Shown one piece after another: positions 17,263 to 26,194 of a stretch of 64,000 nucleotides of DNA; within the stretch, counting starts at the first letter, position 1; every line of letters begins with the position of its first letter. Under the pieces are notes generated by a model. It made no database searches and was not told where the DNA came from. It saw only the letters and a list, made by a program, of their open reading frames with translations. The translations under genes were made by a program, and so were the position numbers. The stretch is from IMG/VR virus record IMGVR_UViG_3300021511_000005, positions 32,001-96,000 of that record; one strand, written 5' to 3'. Origin of the DNA: a virus.

Positions 17263-17857
17263 GGACCTGGACAAGGTGAAGGCCCAGCTGAAGGCCGCCA
17301 AGATCAACGAGGTCCTGAATCGGCTGAAGGTCTCCGGGGCGGAGGACTTCTTCAAGGACCACCCCCAGCTCAAGCAGGGCTACGCGATCTACATGCAGCG
17401 GCGGGCGATGCGAGCCAAGGTCGGTGCCGATATGGCCCCGGGTGGTTGTTTCATCCTGGGGGATGCCGCGGTGATCGCCGGCTGCGTGGCGGAGGCCCAT
17501 ACCATGCTGGCGCGGTTGTTGCGGCTTCCCGCGGAGAACATCAAGCTGTCCATCGAGCGTCCGGGGCTCAACACGGGGATCCGACTCAACGCGGACGTGC
17601 AGATCCCGGAGGGCTACATGACACCGGTCCACACACTGGACTCCCCGGAGGCCCAGCTCGACGAGATCGGCAAGTTGACCAAGGACTACCTCGAGGTCTG
17701 CCTGTCCAAGATCAACCCTATCTTCAAGAAGGATCTGACCGAGCGGTTGGCCCACGTTCGTGTGACTCGGCCGGACTTGAACCAGCCGGTGGTCCCCTTC
17801 CGGAAGGAAGTCAGTGGCGAAGAAGAAGAAGAAGAAGGTCGTCCTGGTCCGGAGTGA
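17255..17857 (+). CDS. hypothetical protein
   Basis: SD GGGGAG; strong GC3. Confidence 0.65.
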   Translation: MAEDLDKVKAQLKAAKINEVLNRLKVSGAEDFFKDHPQLKQGYAIYMQRRAMRAKVGADMAPGGCFILGDAAVIAGCVAEAHTMLARLLRLPAENIKLSIERPGLNTGIRLNADVQIPEGYMTPVHTLDSPEAQLDEIGKLTKDYLEVCLSKINPIFKKDLTERLAHVRVTRPDLNQPVVPFRKEVSGEEEEEEGRPGPE

Positions 17858-18470
17858 GGCCCAGGAGGCGCGTTCCGCCAAGAAGTGGCAGCGGGAAGAG
17901 GCGCTCCGTAGCGCGGAGGTCGCCTATATCACGGACGAGCAGCAACGGTCCCTGGAATGGTGGTGGCATCAGCTCTGCGACAAGGTGATCGACCTGCGGA
18001 CCTATACGGTCCGGGCGTCGAAGGGCAAGTGGGCCGATCGTCGGGAGAAGTACTGGCGCGGTGTCCAGCAGGCCATCCTTCGCCAGTCCAAGAACCACGC
18101 GATCCGGGATCGTGTCCGAGGGCTTCAGGAGATCCAGAAGGTGAGGGACAACACGCTGGAGTTGATTCAGCCCAAGATCGTGGACGGTCAGAAGTTCTAC
18201 AAGGTCCAGCCCAGCACCTACGAGGGGATGGCCCGGGCCTTCGTGAAGCTCGACGAGCACCTGTCCGCTGAGCGCGACGGGATCCTGTCCATGATTGAGC
18301 CCGACCTGGCCCGCGACGAGCTGGGCGAGGAGCGGACACTATTCCCCCATGACGAGATGACAGCTCTGGCCGAGACCCTGCTGGAGATGCGACGACAGAA
18401 GCAACAGAAGCGGCTCGAAGCCAAGGTGGCCAAGGAGAGTGAAAATGGATCCGAAGACGATCACGATTGA
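17814..18470 (+). CDS. hypothetical helical protein with poly-Lys N-terminus
   Basis: Strong GC3; overlaps both neighbours. Confidence 0.6.
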   Translation: MAKKKKKKVVLVRSEAQEARSAKKWQREEALRSAEVAYITDEQQRSLEWWWHQLCDKVIDLRTYTVRASKGKWADRREKYWRGVQQAILRQSKNHAIRDRVRGLQEIQKVRDNTLELIQPKIVDGQKFYKVQPSTYEGMARAFVKLDEHLSAERDGILSMIEPDLARDELGEERTLFPHDEMTALAETLLEMRRQKQQKRLEAKVAKESENGSEDDHD

Positions 18471-19827
18471 GACTGCGGAGGTCCGCGAGGGCCGCCGAGT
18501 CCGCTCTGATCTGGGTGATGTGGATGGCCTCGCGGCCTCCATCCGTGACCTGGGGCAGCTCCACCCCATTGTGGTGACCAACGGGGGGCACGGTCGCTAC
18601 GACCTTGTGGTGGGCGCCAGGCGGCTCCGTGCGTGCAAGAAGCTGAAGGTTCCGGTCCGAGCCGAAGTGGTGACGGTGGAGGAGGCGCTCAAGCGGCTGG
18701 ACATGGAGATGCACGAGAACCTACGCCGTAAGGATCTGGATTTGGCGGAGGAGTCGGAGGCCCACGCACGGCGGAAGGCTCTGTGGGAGAAGGCCCATCC
18801 CGAGACCAAGCGCGGTGCTCCGCTCAAGAAGGGCGACAAGAAGCCGGAGCCTCCCGTGTCGCAGAAACCGCGAGACGGGGAGCCGCCGGAGCCGGTCAAG
18901 CGCTACACGCTGATGGCCGCGGAGGCCCTGGGCTGCAGCGAGCGGCGGGTCCAGGAGCTGCTGGAGATCCAGAAGCTCCCCAAGGACGCGCTGGAGAAGG
19001 TTCTCAAGGGGTGCAAGACAACGACAGAGCGTAATCGGGCCTGTCAGGACTTGCTTCGCCAGGTCCGCCAGAAGCGGAAGGAAGACAAGCTCCAGAAGAA
19101 GGCGGAGGCCAAGAAACAGCAGACGATCGAGGATGTGACCAGGCCCAAGGTTATCTTGCACCACGGTAACTGTATGGAGCTGATGGGGCACGCGGAAGAG
19201 ACCGTGGACCTGTGTATGACAGATCCGCTCTATGACCGGAAGCGAAGTCTGATCACCCACGCGGCCCGGGCGGCCATCGGGGAGGATGTGGACTGGGACC
19301 ACGAGCTGGACCTGGGTTGGATCTTCAAGATGGCGCCCATGTTGAAGAAGGGCGGCCAGGTCTTGGCCTTCTGCCCGCTGGAGGCCGTGGGCTCCTATGA
19401 GGTGGTGATGAAGGCCGCGGAGCTGGAGTACCGGATGACCCTGATCTGGTGCAAGACCAACCCCGGTCCGGCCCACCGGCCCACCTATGTCCATGCTACC
19501 GAGGCCATCGTCTGGGGAGTCAAGCCAGGCAAGGCTCCCTACTTCGAGCCCTGGGGCGACCAGAGCGGCGGTGAGGCGCTCAATTGGATTGAGGGTCCTA
19601 TCTGCCAGGGTAACGAGCGGCTCAATCATCCGACGCAGAAGCCTGAGTGGCTGATCACGAAGCTGATTAACCGCCATAGTCAGGAGGGGGACAACGTCCT
19701 GGATCCCTTCGCGGGCGTGGGGACCACCGGAGCGGTCTGTATGGATCTGAAGCGGGCCTGCACCATGATGGAGCTGGAGCCCAAGTACGTGAAGTTGGCC
19801 CGGATGCGGCTGGAGGCGAGGCGATGA
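18445..19827 (+). CDS. ParB-N domain fused to beta-class N6-adenine/N4-cytosine DNA methyltransferase
   Basis: 'LAASIRDLGQLHPIVV...LVVGARRLRA...ENL.RKDL'; MTase TDPLY, HPTQKP, VLDPFAGVGTT. Confidence 0.85.
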   Translation: MDPKTITIETAEVREGRRVRSDLGDVDGLAASIRDLGQLHPIVVTNGGHGRYDLVVGARRLRACKKLKVPVRAEVVTVEEALKRLDMEMHENLRRKDLDLAEESEAHARRKALWEKAHPETKRGAPLKKGDKKPEPPVSQKPRDGEPPEPVKRYTLMAAEALGCSERRVQELLEIQKLPKDALEKVLKGCKTTTERNRACQDLLRQVRQKRKEDKLQKKAEAKKQQTIEDVTRPKVILHHGNCMELMGHAEETVDLCMTDPLYDRKRSLITHAARAAIGEDVDWDHELDLGWIFKMAPMLKKGGQVLAFCPLEAVGSYEVVMKAAELEYRMTLIWCKTNPGPAHRPTYVHATEAIVWGVKPGKAPYFEPWGDQSGGEALNWIEGPICQGNERLNHPTQKPEWLITKLINRHSQEGDNVLDPFAGVGTTGAVCMDLKRACTMMELEPKYVKLARMRLEARR

Positions 19828-20015
19828 TCTGGCTCTGGTTTGCGGGGGCTGTGGTGATCTCCTTTAGCGTTGGTTACGCGGTGGGGCACGTCCACGAAGG
19901 TGATTATTGGGAGCGGAGGGCTCGCATTCAGACACCTGTCTGTCACCGAGGGGAGTTCTACTATGTGGTGCCCGAGGCCGCGTATGTGGAGATCAAACGG
20001 GAGGCCAGACGGTGA
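19824..20015 (+). CDS. small membrane-anchored protein
   Basis: Hydrophobic N-terminus; coupled ORF. Confidence 0.5.
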   Translation: MIWLWFAGAVVISFSVGYAVGHVHEGDYWERRARIQTPVCHRGEFYYVVPEAAYVEIKREARR

Positions 20016-20203
20016 GCCGAGTTAAGATCACGGTGACCACGGTGGGGGCGGGCCACGACCAGCTCCCCACCGAGACGATGCGGAAGGCCATCCAGCAGGA
20101 CGTCCAGGCCCAGATCAACGCGGGTCGGACGCTGCGCGCCGGCGTGAGTCGCGGTGGCGCGGTCTACCTGGTCTACGCGGAGAAGGTGAAGGGGGAGCGG
20201 TGA
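20012..20203 (+). CDS. hypothetical protein
   Basis: GTGA-coupled ORF. Confidence 0.5.
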   Translation: MSRVKITVTTVGAGHDQLPTETMRKAIQQDVQAQINAGRTLRAGVSRGGAVYLVYAEKVKGER

Positions 20204-20394
20204 TCACTGTCGTCCTGGTCAAAGAGGAGGAGGTCTGGGCCTATGACATCGGCCGCAGGCCTGGGGGTGAGTACGTGGTGGAGACGATCCCCTGTGGGGC
20301 TCAGGCTCACTTGGTCAGTGCGGCGATCAAGAAGCTCGACGGGCATCTGATGACGACGCAGAAGCGGGGCTGTAAGCGGAGGCGGAGACGATGA
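20200..20394 (+). CDS. hypothetical protein
   Basis: Coupled ORF. Confidence 0.5.
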   Translation: MITVVLVKEEEVWAYDIGRRPGGEYVVETIPCGAQAHLVSAAIKKLDGHLMTTQKRGCKRRRRR

Positions 20395-20555
20395 AGTGTG
20401 GGCAGTGCGGCGCGCCGACGTTCTCTTTGGTGGGGGACCGCTGTAAGTTCTGTCGGCGCGAGGGCCTGGTGGCCCGGCTATGGTGGTGGCTCCATCCCGA
20501 CTTGATGCGGCGCGTCCGCTGGCGTCAGAATTTCCGCGCGGGGGGCTGGTGGTGA
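20391..20555 (+). CDS. small CxxC...CxxC zinc-finger protein (54 aa)
   Basis: MKCGQCG...RCKFCRR; ATGA overlap; below the size limit of the ORF track. Confidence 0.5.
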   Translation: MKCGQCGAPTFSLVGDRCKFCRREGLVARLWWWLHPDLMRRVRWRQNFRAGGWW

Positions 20556-20556
20556 C

Positions 20557-20847
20557 GTGCCCAAGACAGGCTCCAGGCGATTCATTCGGGTCTGCCACGA
20601 GGACCACTGGTACGAGATCACGGTTCCGCAGTGGCGGGCCTTCGATTTGCTGTCTCCCCAGTGGATGTGGATCAAGTGGAAGGTTATTCACTTCAACACG
20701 CGGCTGGGGCTCGAACGTCAGGGCTGGGCGGAGTTCCGCAATGTCAGTGGAACGTTGCAAGTCCGGCTCACACCGCTGGGGCTTATCATCCGCGACAAGG
20801 TGGAGCTGCGGTTGGCCCAGCGCCGCGATCGGGAGCTGAGACGATGA
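20557..20847 (+). CDS. hypothetical protein
   Basis: Coupled ORF. Confidence 0.5.
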   Translation: MPKTGSRRFIRVCHEDHWYEITVPQWRAFDLLSPQWMWIKWKVIHFNTRLGLERQGWAEFRNVSGTLQVRLTPLGLIIRDKVELRLAQRRDRELRR

Positions 20848-21353
20848 TTGTCCGATTGCCTGATGTGCCCCCGATGACCGAAGACGGCGATCCTCCCGAT
20901 CCATTGGCGGTGTTGCTGGGGTCAGCGGGACCTTGGCAGCCCCGGATCGCCAAGGACTTGGGGGCCAAGGCCGGTTCAGCGGGGGCGGTGGTGATGACGG
21001 ATTGCCCTATTCGGGGAGTTCTGCAGACGGAGGGGTATCGTCCGGAGCCCATCTTGGACGCGATTCAGCTGTTGGTGGAAGCCGCGGATGTGGTGATGGT
21101 CTGGATCGATGGGGGTCCTGTGTGGTTGTGGCTTGAGCTGGGGGTCTGGATCGCGGATCGTCGTTTCGTTTGGGGTATCGACGAGTCAGTCCGAAGCCAT
21201 TTTCATCACGTTGGGCATCTCTATCACTTGTTGGTCCGCGAGGGCCGGGCGGTCCGCGCAACTCGTGAAGATACCCTAATAGAGGCCGGGATCCGGCTAC
21301 AGGAGAGACGAGCATGGAGACGCGACACATCCGGTTCTACATCAGCGAGTTGA
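20844..21353 (+). CDS. nucleoside 2-deoxyribosyltransferase-like protein (putative)
   Basis: 'VLLGS..PWQ', 'EAADVVMVW', 'WLELG' pattern of NDT-like folds. Confidence 0.45.
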   Translation: MIVRLPDVPPMTEDGDPPDPLAVLLGSAGPWQPRIAKDLGAKAGSAGAVVMTDCPIRGVLQTEGYRPEPILDAIQLLVEAADVVMVWIDGGPVWLWLELGVWIADRRFVWGIDESVRSHFHHVGHLYHLLVREGRAVRATREDTLIEAGIRLQERRAWRRDTSGSTSAS

Positions 21354-21829
21354 TCGCGGCGCTCGAGGCCTATGGCAAGCTGCGGCGGCCGTCCATCTCG
21401 GAGGCGTTGACCTACTACTACAACTGGGCCTACGCCCGAGGGTGGCGGATCATCAGCGTCCTGGGGCATGGTGGCCGTCAGAGGATCTGGACGGGGGCAG
21501 GTGACCGGTCTACCCAGCTCGAGATCCAGGAGCTGGACTACGCCTATGAGGTGGTGATGGCCGGCGAGGACACAGACGGGACCTGCGACTTCATCGAGGC
21601 CTTTCCGGTGGTGGTGGCTGTCCGCGATATCGTCGAGGAGCTGGAGGCCCGGGGCTGGGTCATAGACGCCGATCGCGATGGCTACCAGAAGGAAGACGGC
21701 TATCTCTACATCGCGGGCGGACAGATCGCCAAGCTACCCCTGGAGCGGGTCTTCGACTGGGACAGTCCGGAGGGGGTGGCGGAGGCCTGCGATCTGCTGG
21801 AGTCCAACGCCGTTCGGATGGGCATCTGA
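21314..21829 (+). CDS. hypothetical protein
   Basis: SD AGGAG; strong GC3. Confidence 0.6.
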   Translation: METRHIRFYISELIAALEAYGKLRRPSISEALTYYYNWAYARGWRIISVLGHGGRQRIWTGAGDRSTQLEIQELDYAYEVVMAGEDTDGTCDFIEAFPVVVAVRDIVEELEARGWVIDADRDGYQKEDGYLYIAGGQIAKLPLERVFDWDSPEGVAEACDLLESNAVRMGI

Positions 21830-22035
21830 TGGGCTTCAAGCGCCACAGGGAAGCAGGGGAGCCGACCCACGTCCAGGTGATGGAGAGCCACGATTGGGTT
21901 CTCCAGGGGGGCTTCTGGGTCAAGGACATCAACGGGGATCTGCGGAAGCTGTCCGCCGGCCTGGTTCTGCGGCTGTGGGAGGAACAGGGGCCGCGGAATT
22001 TGGAGAGGACGGTCCGTGCCAAGGAGGCCGAGTAG
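21829..22035 (+). CDS. hypothetical protein
   Basis: TGATG-coupled ORF. Confidence 0.5.
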   Translation: MGFKRHREAGEPTHVQVMESHDWVLQGGFWVKDINGDLRKLSAGLVLRLWEEQGPRNLERTVRAKEAE

Positions 22036-22230
22036 ATGCCGCGTCCACAACCTCATGATTTCCGCCTGGAGCGGCTCTGCGCGTCTGGGTGGTTACTGTT
22101 GGACTTCGGGACCCAGCGGGAGATGAACGCCGGCTATCGGGCTCTGACGGGCTCGCTCGAGCTGATTCATGTCCGGTTCCGCGTGTTGCGGCCGGACGGC
22201 AAGACCGAGGTGGATACAGGAGATCGATAA
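22036..22230 (+). CDS. hypothetical protein
   Basis: SD AAGGAGG. Confidence 0.5.
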   Translation: MPRPQPHDFRLERLCASGWLLLDFGTQREMNAGYRALTGSLELIHVRFRVLRPDGKTEVDTGDR

Positions 22231-22514
22231 TGCCCTTCAAGCAGGACCTACAACAGCTGATGCAGCAGTTCGGCGGGCCGATGAACGCCATGGCGACGGT
22301 CCAGGGGATTGCCGGCGTGGCGATGGCGGTGGTCTACCAGGACCCCGAGGCGAGCGCGGAGGAGCGCAAGGACGAGGTGGCGCTGATCATCGTGCCCAAG
22401 CAGGCCCATATGGAGGACGACGTTATCCAGGTGGCCATCAACGCACTACAGGCGCATCTGCAGACCAAGCAGGCCCAGGACGCCGGCGGCGCTGCTGGCG
22501 GACCCAACAACTAG
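22230..22514 (+). CDS. hypothetical protein
   Basis: SD AGGAG; TAATG coupling. Confidence 0.6.
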   Translation: MPFKQDLQQLMQQFGGPMNAMATVQGIAGVAMAVVYQDPEASAEERKDEVALIIVPKQAHMEDDVIQVAINALQAHLQTKQAQDAGGAAGGPNN

Positions 22515-22522
22515 GAGGAGAC

Positions 22523-22762
22523 ATGGACGTCAAGACCGCAGTCGAGGTGTTGGAGCGATTCAAAGCCCACTACAGCATCTTGAAGTACTTCAGGTGGGAT
22601 CATCTTCCCGAGCCTCTACAGGCGGTTTCCAGGTCTTTCGGGATGCTGGCAGCGCGGGCGTTGCTCGACGTAGGTGATACGAAGGCGCCGGCGGAGGTGG
22701 CCGCGGGCCTGCGGAAGCTCCTGGAGGCGAAGGACTGTTTCGTCCGCGCGGCGCTGAAATGA
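22523..22762 (+). CDS. small helical phage protein (HLP...LRKLLEAKDCFVRA family)
   Basis: SD AGGAGG; recognisable phage motif 'YF.WDHLP..LQ.VS..F' / 'GLRKLLEAKDCFVRA'. Confidence 0.7.
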   Translation: MDVKTAVEVLERFKAHYSILKYFRWDHLPEPLQAVSRSFGMLAARALLDVGDTKAPAEVAAGLRKLLEAKDCFVRAALK

Positions 22763-22977
22763 GCGAGTATCTGTGGAGGGGATTGGCCATGGGGGTGGCC
22801 GAGACCGATTCGGCATTGAAGGCCTGGCCCAGGCAGATCTTCCAAGACTATGATGCTGGCGCGGCGGTGGCGAAGAAGGAGCGTGTGGCGCTGGCTCAGC
22901 TTCTTCGCGAGGCGTTGAAACATCTCGAGCCTGGCGATCTGCGGGAACGCGTCAAGCGGGCGCTATCGGGGGAGTGA
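22759..22977 (+). CDS. hypothetical protein
   Basis: Coupled ORF. Confidence 0.5.
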   Translation: MSEYLWRGLAMGVAETDSALKAWPRQIFQDYDAGAAVAKKERVALAQLLREALKHLEPGDLRERVKRALSGE

Positions 22978-23195
22978 TGATCGGGGCTCTGAAGGACTTG
23001 GTTTGGGCGTTCCTCCACCGGGTCGAGATGACGGTCGATATCTTGGACAAGGCTCCGGCACTGAGCTTCCGCCAAGCGTGGGGGATGGCCTGCCAGACGA
23101 TGCGGCAGGTAGAGCTGGAGGAGCTGGAGGATCTGCGGAAGCAGGTGGCCCGTATGCGGGACCTACGGGACGATTTGCGGAAACGGAGGACTTGA
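22974..23195 (+). CDS. hypothetical protein
   Basis: Coupled ORF. Confidence 0.5.
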   Translation: MMIGALKDLVWAFLHRVEMTVDILDKAPALSFRQAWGMACQTMRQVELEELEDLRKQVARMRDLRDDLRKRRT

Positions 23196-23362
23196 TGCAC
23201 TGGACATGGAAATTCGCGATGGTGGTTGCCGTCATGATCTATGCGAGCCTGGCGATCTGGGGATCGGAGTATATCTGTCGCGGAGCTTTGGCCGGGACCG
23301 CGTTGACCTACGTGCTGGAATTGGTCCCCTGTTGGCGGCGCAGGAGGCACCGATGGACTTGA
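23195..23362 (+). CDS. small membrane protein
   Basis: MHWTWKFAMVVAVMIYASLAIWG..., Arg-rich tail. Confidence 0.45.
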   Translation: MHWTWKFAMVVAVMIYASLAIWGSEYICRGALAGTALTYVLELVPCWRRRRHRWT

Positions 23363-23718
23363 AGCTGGTTCCGGGTGACAACGCCCTGATCAACACGGTG
23401 AGGGCGGCTCGCCAGCTCCTGTTGGCGCGGAAGGCCTGGCTGGAGAAGGAGCGGACCCTGTATGTGGAGCGACTCACCAGCAGACACAAAGGCCTCGAGC
23501 CGGACTTGGATCTGATGAACGAGTTGGAGGACGAGCGCTTCCAGGTCCAGGCGGAGGGGTTGTCCTACGAGGCCATGGCGGCAGAGTTGCAGGTCCTGGT
23601 GGACGGCTACGAGATCGTCCGCGAGCGGGGAGCCAACGGTTACCGTGTGGAGATCCGCGTGGAGCCCATTTCCGATTCCAACAACTTTGTGGATCCACCC
23701 GACAAATCGACACCTTAG
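23353..23718 (+). CDS. hypothetical coiled-coil protein
   Basis: SD AGGAGG. Confidence 0.55.
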   Translation: MDLKLVPGDNALINTVRAARQLLLARKAWLEKERTLYVERLTSRHKGLEPDLDLMNELEDERFQVQAEGLSYEAMAAELQVLVDGYEIVRERGANGYRVEIRVEPISDSNNFVDPPDKSTP

Positions 23719-23781
23719 ACGACACCCCGAAGATCCGCGGAAGGGCGGAAGGATCGGGGGCGACAGCAAACAGGAGCCGAC

Positions 23782-24837
23782 ATGAGCGAAACTATAGACA
23801 GAATCGTCGCAGTGGCCAAGTTCGCGGACGCCAAGAGCGACATCAACAGCAGCTTCCAGACTGTCCAGTTCACCAAGGGACGCGTGGCCGCTTGCAGCTA
23901 CGAGGGAGGGGCGTCCATGAGTATCGATGTGGACGTCAAGGCTGTGGTGGCCGCGTCCATCCTGCTGAAGGTCTGTAAGGCGATGCCCAACGCGGAGCTG
24001 TCCATGACGGAGCCGGAGAAGGGGTCCAAGGAGCGTCCGCGGCTGCAGCTCCGCCAGGGCGAGTCCGTGGCGGTCATCGACACCCAGCCGGACCAAACGG
24101 CCCCCAGAATCCCCAAGCCAGCCAAGAAGGCTACCTGGCATGAGGTCAGTGGGCTGGACGAGTTGGCGCGTGTGGCTTGGTGTTGCTGCGCGGATCCCAC
24201 GCGGAGGCACATGGCGGGCGTCTACCTGGGCCAGTACGGGATGGCCGCCACGGATGGTCACGCCGCTGTGATGCTGCAGACACCGGGGGACCTGACCAAG
24301 GAGCTGGGGGAGAACGGACAGATCGTTCCGCCGGCGATGATGAAGGGTTTGGGAAGCCCGGTGATGATGACGTCCAGCGGGCGGCAGCTGTTCTTCGCGG
24401 AAGACCCCAGCTCCGGCGATTTCCGTGTGGCCAATTGCTACGACGGACGATTCCCCCCCTTGGACCAGGCGATGAAGGGCGTGTGGAAGCAGCCCAAGAT
24501 GGAGGTCCCACGGGTCGAGTTCGAGGACATGGTCAAGTCCGCCAAGCTCGCGGACAAGAATCTGGTCCTGGCCGTGGAAGGTCAGCGGCTCCGCGTGGTG
24601 GTGGACCGCGGACGGATGGTCCAGACCCTGTTCGACTTCGAATCGGCCGTGAGCTTCGAGGGGAAGGTTCCCCCGGGCTATATCGGGTTCGGCGCTCATC
24701 TGGTTCTTCCGGCGCTCCAGGCCTGTGACAGCGATACGATCCAGGTCTTCCTCAATCCCCACGAGAAGGGGAGCATCGAGCCGATGGGCATCAGGGACGG
24801 TGGATACAAGGTCGTCATCATGCCCACGCGGATGTAG
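23782..24837 (+). CDS. dnaN: DNA polymerase III beta-like sliding clamp
   Basis: 351 aa; 'R.HMAGVY', 'AATDGH', 'DGRFP', 'IGF...V...L', C-terminal 'VVIMPTR'. Confidence 0.8.
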   Translation: MSETIDRIVAVAKFADAKSDINSSFQTVQFTKGRVAACSYEGGASMSIDVDVKAVVAASILLKVCKAMPNAELSMTEPEKGSKERPRLQLRQGESVAVIDTQPDQTAPRIPKPAKKATWHEVSGLDELARVAWCCCADPTRRHMAGVYLGQYGMAATDGHAAVMLQTPGDLTKELGENGQIVPPAMMKGLGSPVMMTSSGRQLFFAEDPSSGDFRVANCYDGRFPPLDQAMKGVWKQPKMEVPRVEFEDMVKSAKLADKNLVLAVEGQRLRVVVDRGRMVQTLFDFESAVSFEGKVPPGYIGFGAHLVLPALQACDSDTIQVFLNPHEKGSIEPMGIRDGGYKVVIMPTRM

Positions 24838-24840
24838 CCG

Positions 24841-25068
24841 GTGACCGTCCAGGAGCTGCGAGTGGTGCTGGCTGATCTGCCGGCGGAGATGCCAGTGTTG
24901 GTCCCCACGGGGACCAACTGGGCCTTCGTTGTCGAAGCGGGAGTGGAGGTCGTTTCCATCAAGGGAAGACATATCGCGTTGTCCGCAAGCGCGGGGTCAG
25001 GATTGGGAGTGGAGCTGCGGGGTTTGTTCTTGAAGCCTTATGAGGGCGATGGAGACAGGTATCCATGA
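24841..25068 (+). CDS. hypothetical protein
   Basis: 'MTVQELR..LADLP.EMPV' common phage N-terminus. Confidence 0.55.
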   Translation: MTVQELRVVLADLPAEMPVLVPTGTNWAFVVEAGVEVVSIKGRHIALSASAGSGLGVELRGLFLKPYEGDGDRYP

Positions 25069-25274
25069 TGCGTTCGAGCTGGATCTTGAAACTGGTGTCC
25101 GCGGAATGGCAGAAGCGGCCATTGACCAAGGCGGAGGCGGAGCGGTTGGTGATGTACCTGGACCATCTGGACAGCGCGGTGGCGGAAGCTTCTCTGGCGT
25201 TTGGACAGATGGAGGGCCACGCGCGGACGTTCTACAGATGTACTCAGGCCGCTGATGGGCGCGCGGACGAATGA
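25065..25274 (+). CDS. hypothetical protein
   Basis: Coupled ORF. Confidence 0.5.
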   Translation: MMRSSWILKLVSAEWQKRPLTKAEAERLVMYLDHLDSAVAEASLAFGQMEGHARTFYRCTQAADGRADE

Positions 25275-25305
25275 CATCCGCAGCTCCCCGCGGAAGGGTA
25301 GAGGT

Positions 25306-25485
25306 ATGAAGGATCCGACGTTCATGGATTACAAGGACTGGAAGCGCCGCCACTTGAGGGAGTGCCGTTACACGTCCATGGACGCTAGGCGGTCCACGCT
25401 GAGTCGGACGGTCATGTGTGCCAAGTACTTTGTGGGTCGGCGCTGCATGTGGAGGTGGTGTCCCCTGCGGAAGGAAGATCCATGA
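25306..25485 (+). CDS. small Cys-rich protein
   Basis: MKDPTFMDY..., four Cys. Confidence 0.45.
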   Translation: MKDPTFMDYKDWKRRHLRECRYTSMDARRSTLSRTVMCAKYFVGRRCMWRWCPLRKEDP

Positions 25486-25682
25486 AGTTGACGATCGAGC
25501 TGCCCGAGGTGGACGTGGACGAGGCGATCCGCGCCTTGTATGGGGTTCGTCGGTGGTGTCGGCTGTATTCCGATGAGGGGCTGCGGGAGCCAGAGATGGG
25601 CGATGAGCGGTTGTTGGAGCAGGACGCGTGGAACGTGCTGGAGGTGTTGCGGAAGGCCTTGGAGAGGGGGCGCGGACGATGA
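25482..25682 (+). CDS. hypothetical protein
   Basis: ATGA-coupled ORF. Confidence 0.5.
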   Translation: MKLTIELPEVDVDEAIRALYGVRRWCRLYSDEGLREPEMGDERLLEQDAWNVLEVLRKALERGRGR

Positions 25683-26194
25683 AACTGGTCCGATTGATCG
25701 GCGGCAAGCCCGCGCCGGAGGCCAAGTTCGAGGTGACCGTCCACGGCTACTCCATGATGATCAAGTGTCCGTGTGGAACGGTATGGACCACCACGGTCCC
25801 GGGTCCGGGGAGGCAGCGGGAGGAGATGTGCCCCAGCGGCTGTGGACACGGGATTGACGTGGACGCACGCCCGATAATGGAGGTCCAGTGGGTGGATCTT
25901 CCACCGCCGGGGCCCCTGGAGGATGTGCTGCGGAATTTGACCTATCCGGTCCCGGAGGTCTTGCGGAACGCTTTCCGTATTCCGGAGGAGCGTTTCCACA
26001 GGGAGTATCTGTGCGAGCCGGTACCGGCCGGCTTTGACTGGTTCTGCGGGGTCTGCCGGTTGGGTTACTACTCGCCGGACGTGAAACGGTCGGACGCGGA
26101 CAGCAATCCGCTGTGTCGCTGCGGACGGGTCCTGAACGGTTCACACGAACAACCCCCAGGACTGCGCTGGGTAGGAGAAGACGATGGGGACTGA
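25679..26194 (+). CDS. Cys-rich (zinc-ribbon) hypothetical protein
   Basis: CPCG...CPSGCG and CGVC...CRCG. Confidence 0.55.
   Translation: MKLVRLIGGKPAPEAKFEVTVHGYSMMIKCPCGTVWTTTVPGPGRQREEMCPSGCGHGIDVDARPIMEVQWVDLPPPGPLEDVLRNLTYPVPEVLRNAFRIPEERFHREYLCEPVPAGFDWFCGVCRLGYYSPDVKRSDADSNPLCRCGRVLNGSHEQPPGLRWVGEDDGD

Noticed and set aside
17814-18470. Possible terminase small subunit
   Set aside because: Helical and basic but no recognisable motif, and far from terL
23725-23760. GC-rich hairpin before the clamp gene as a rho-independent terminator
   Set aside because: No poly-T tail; it overlaps the GACA-N11-CGCGGAA motif, so a regulatory role is at least as likely
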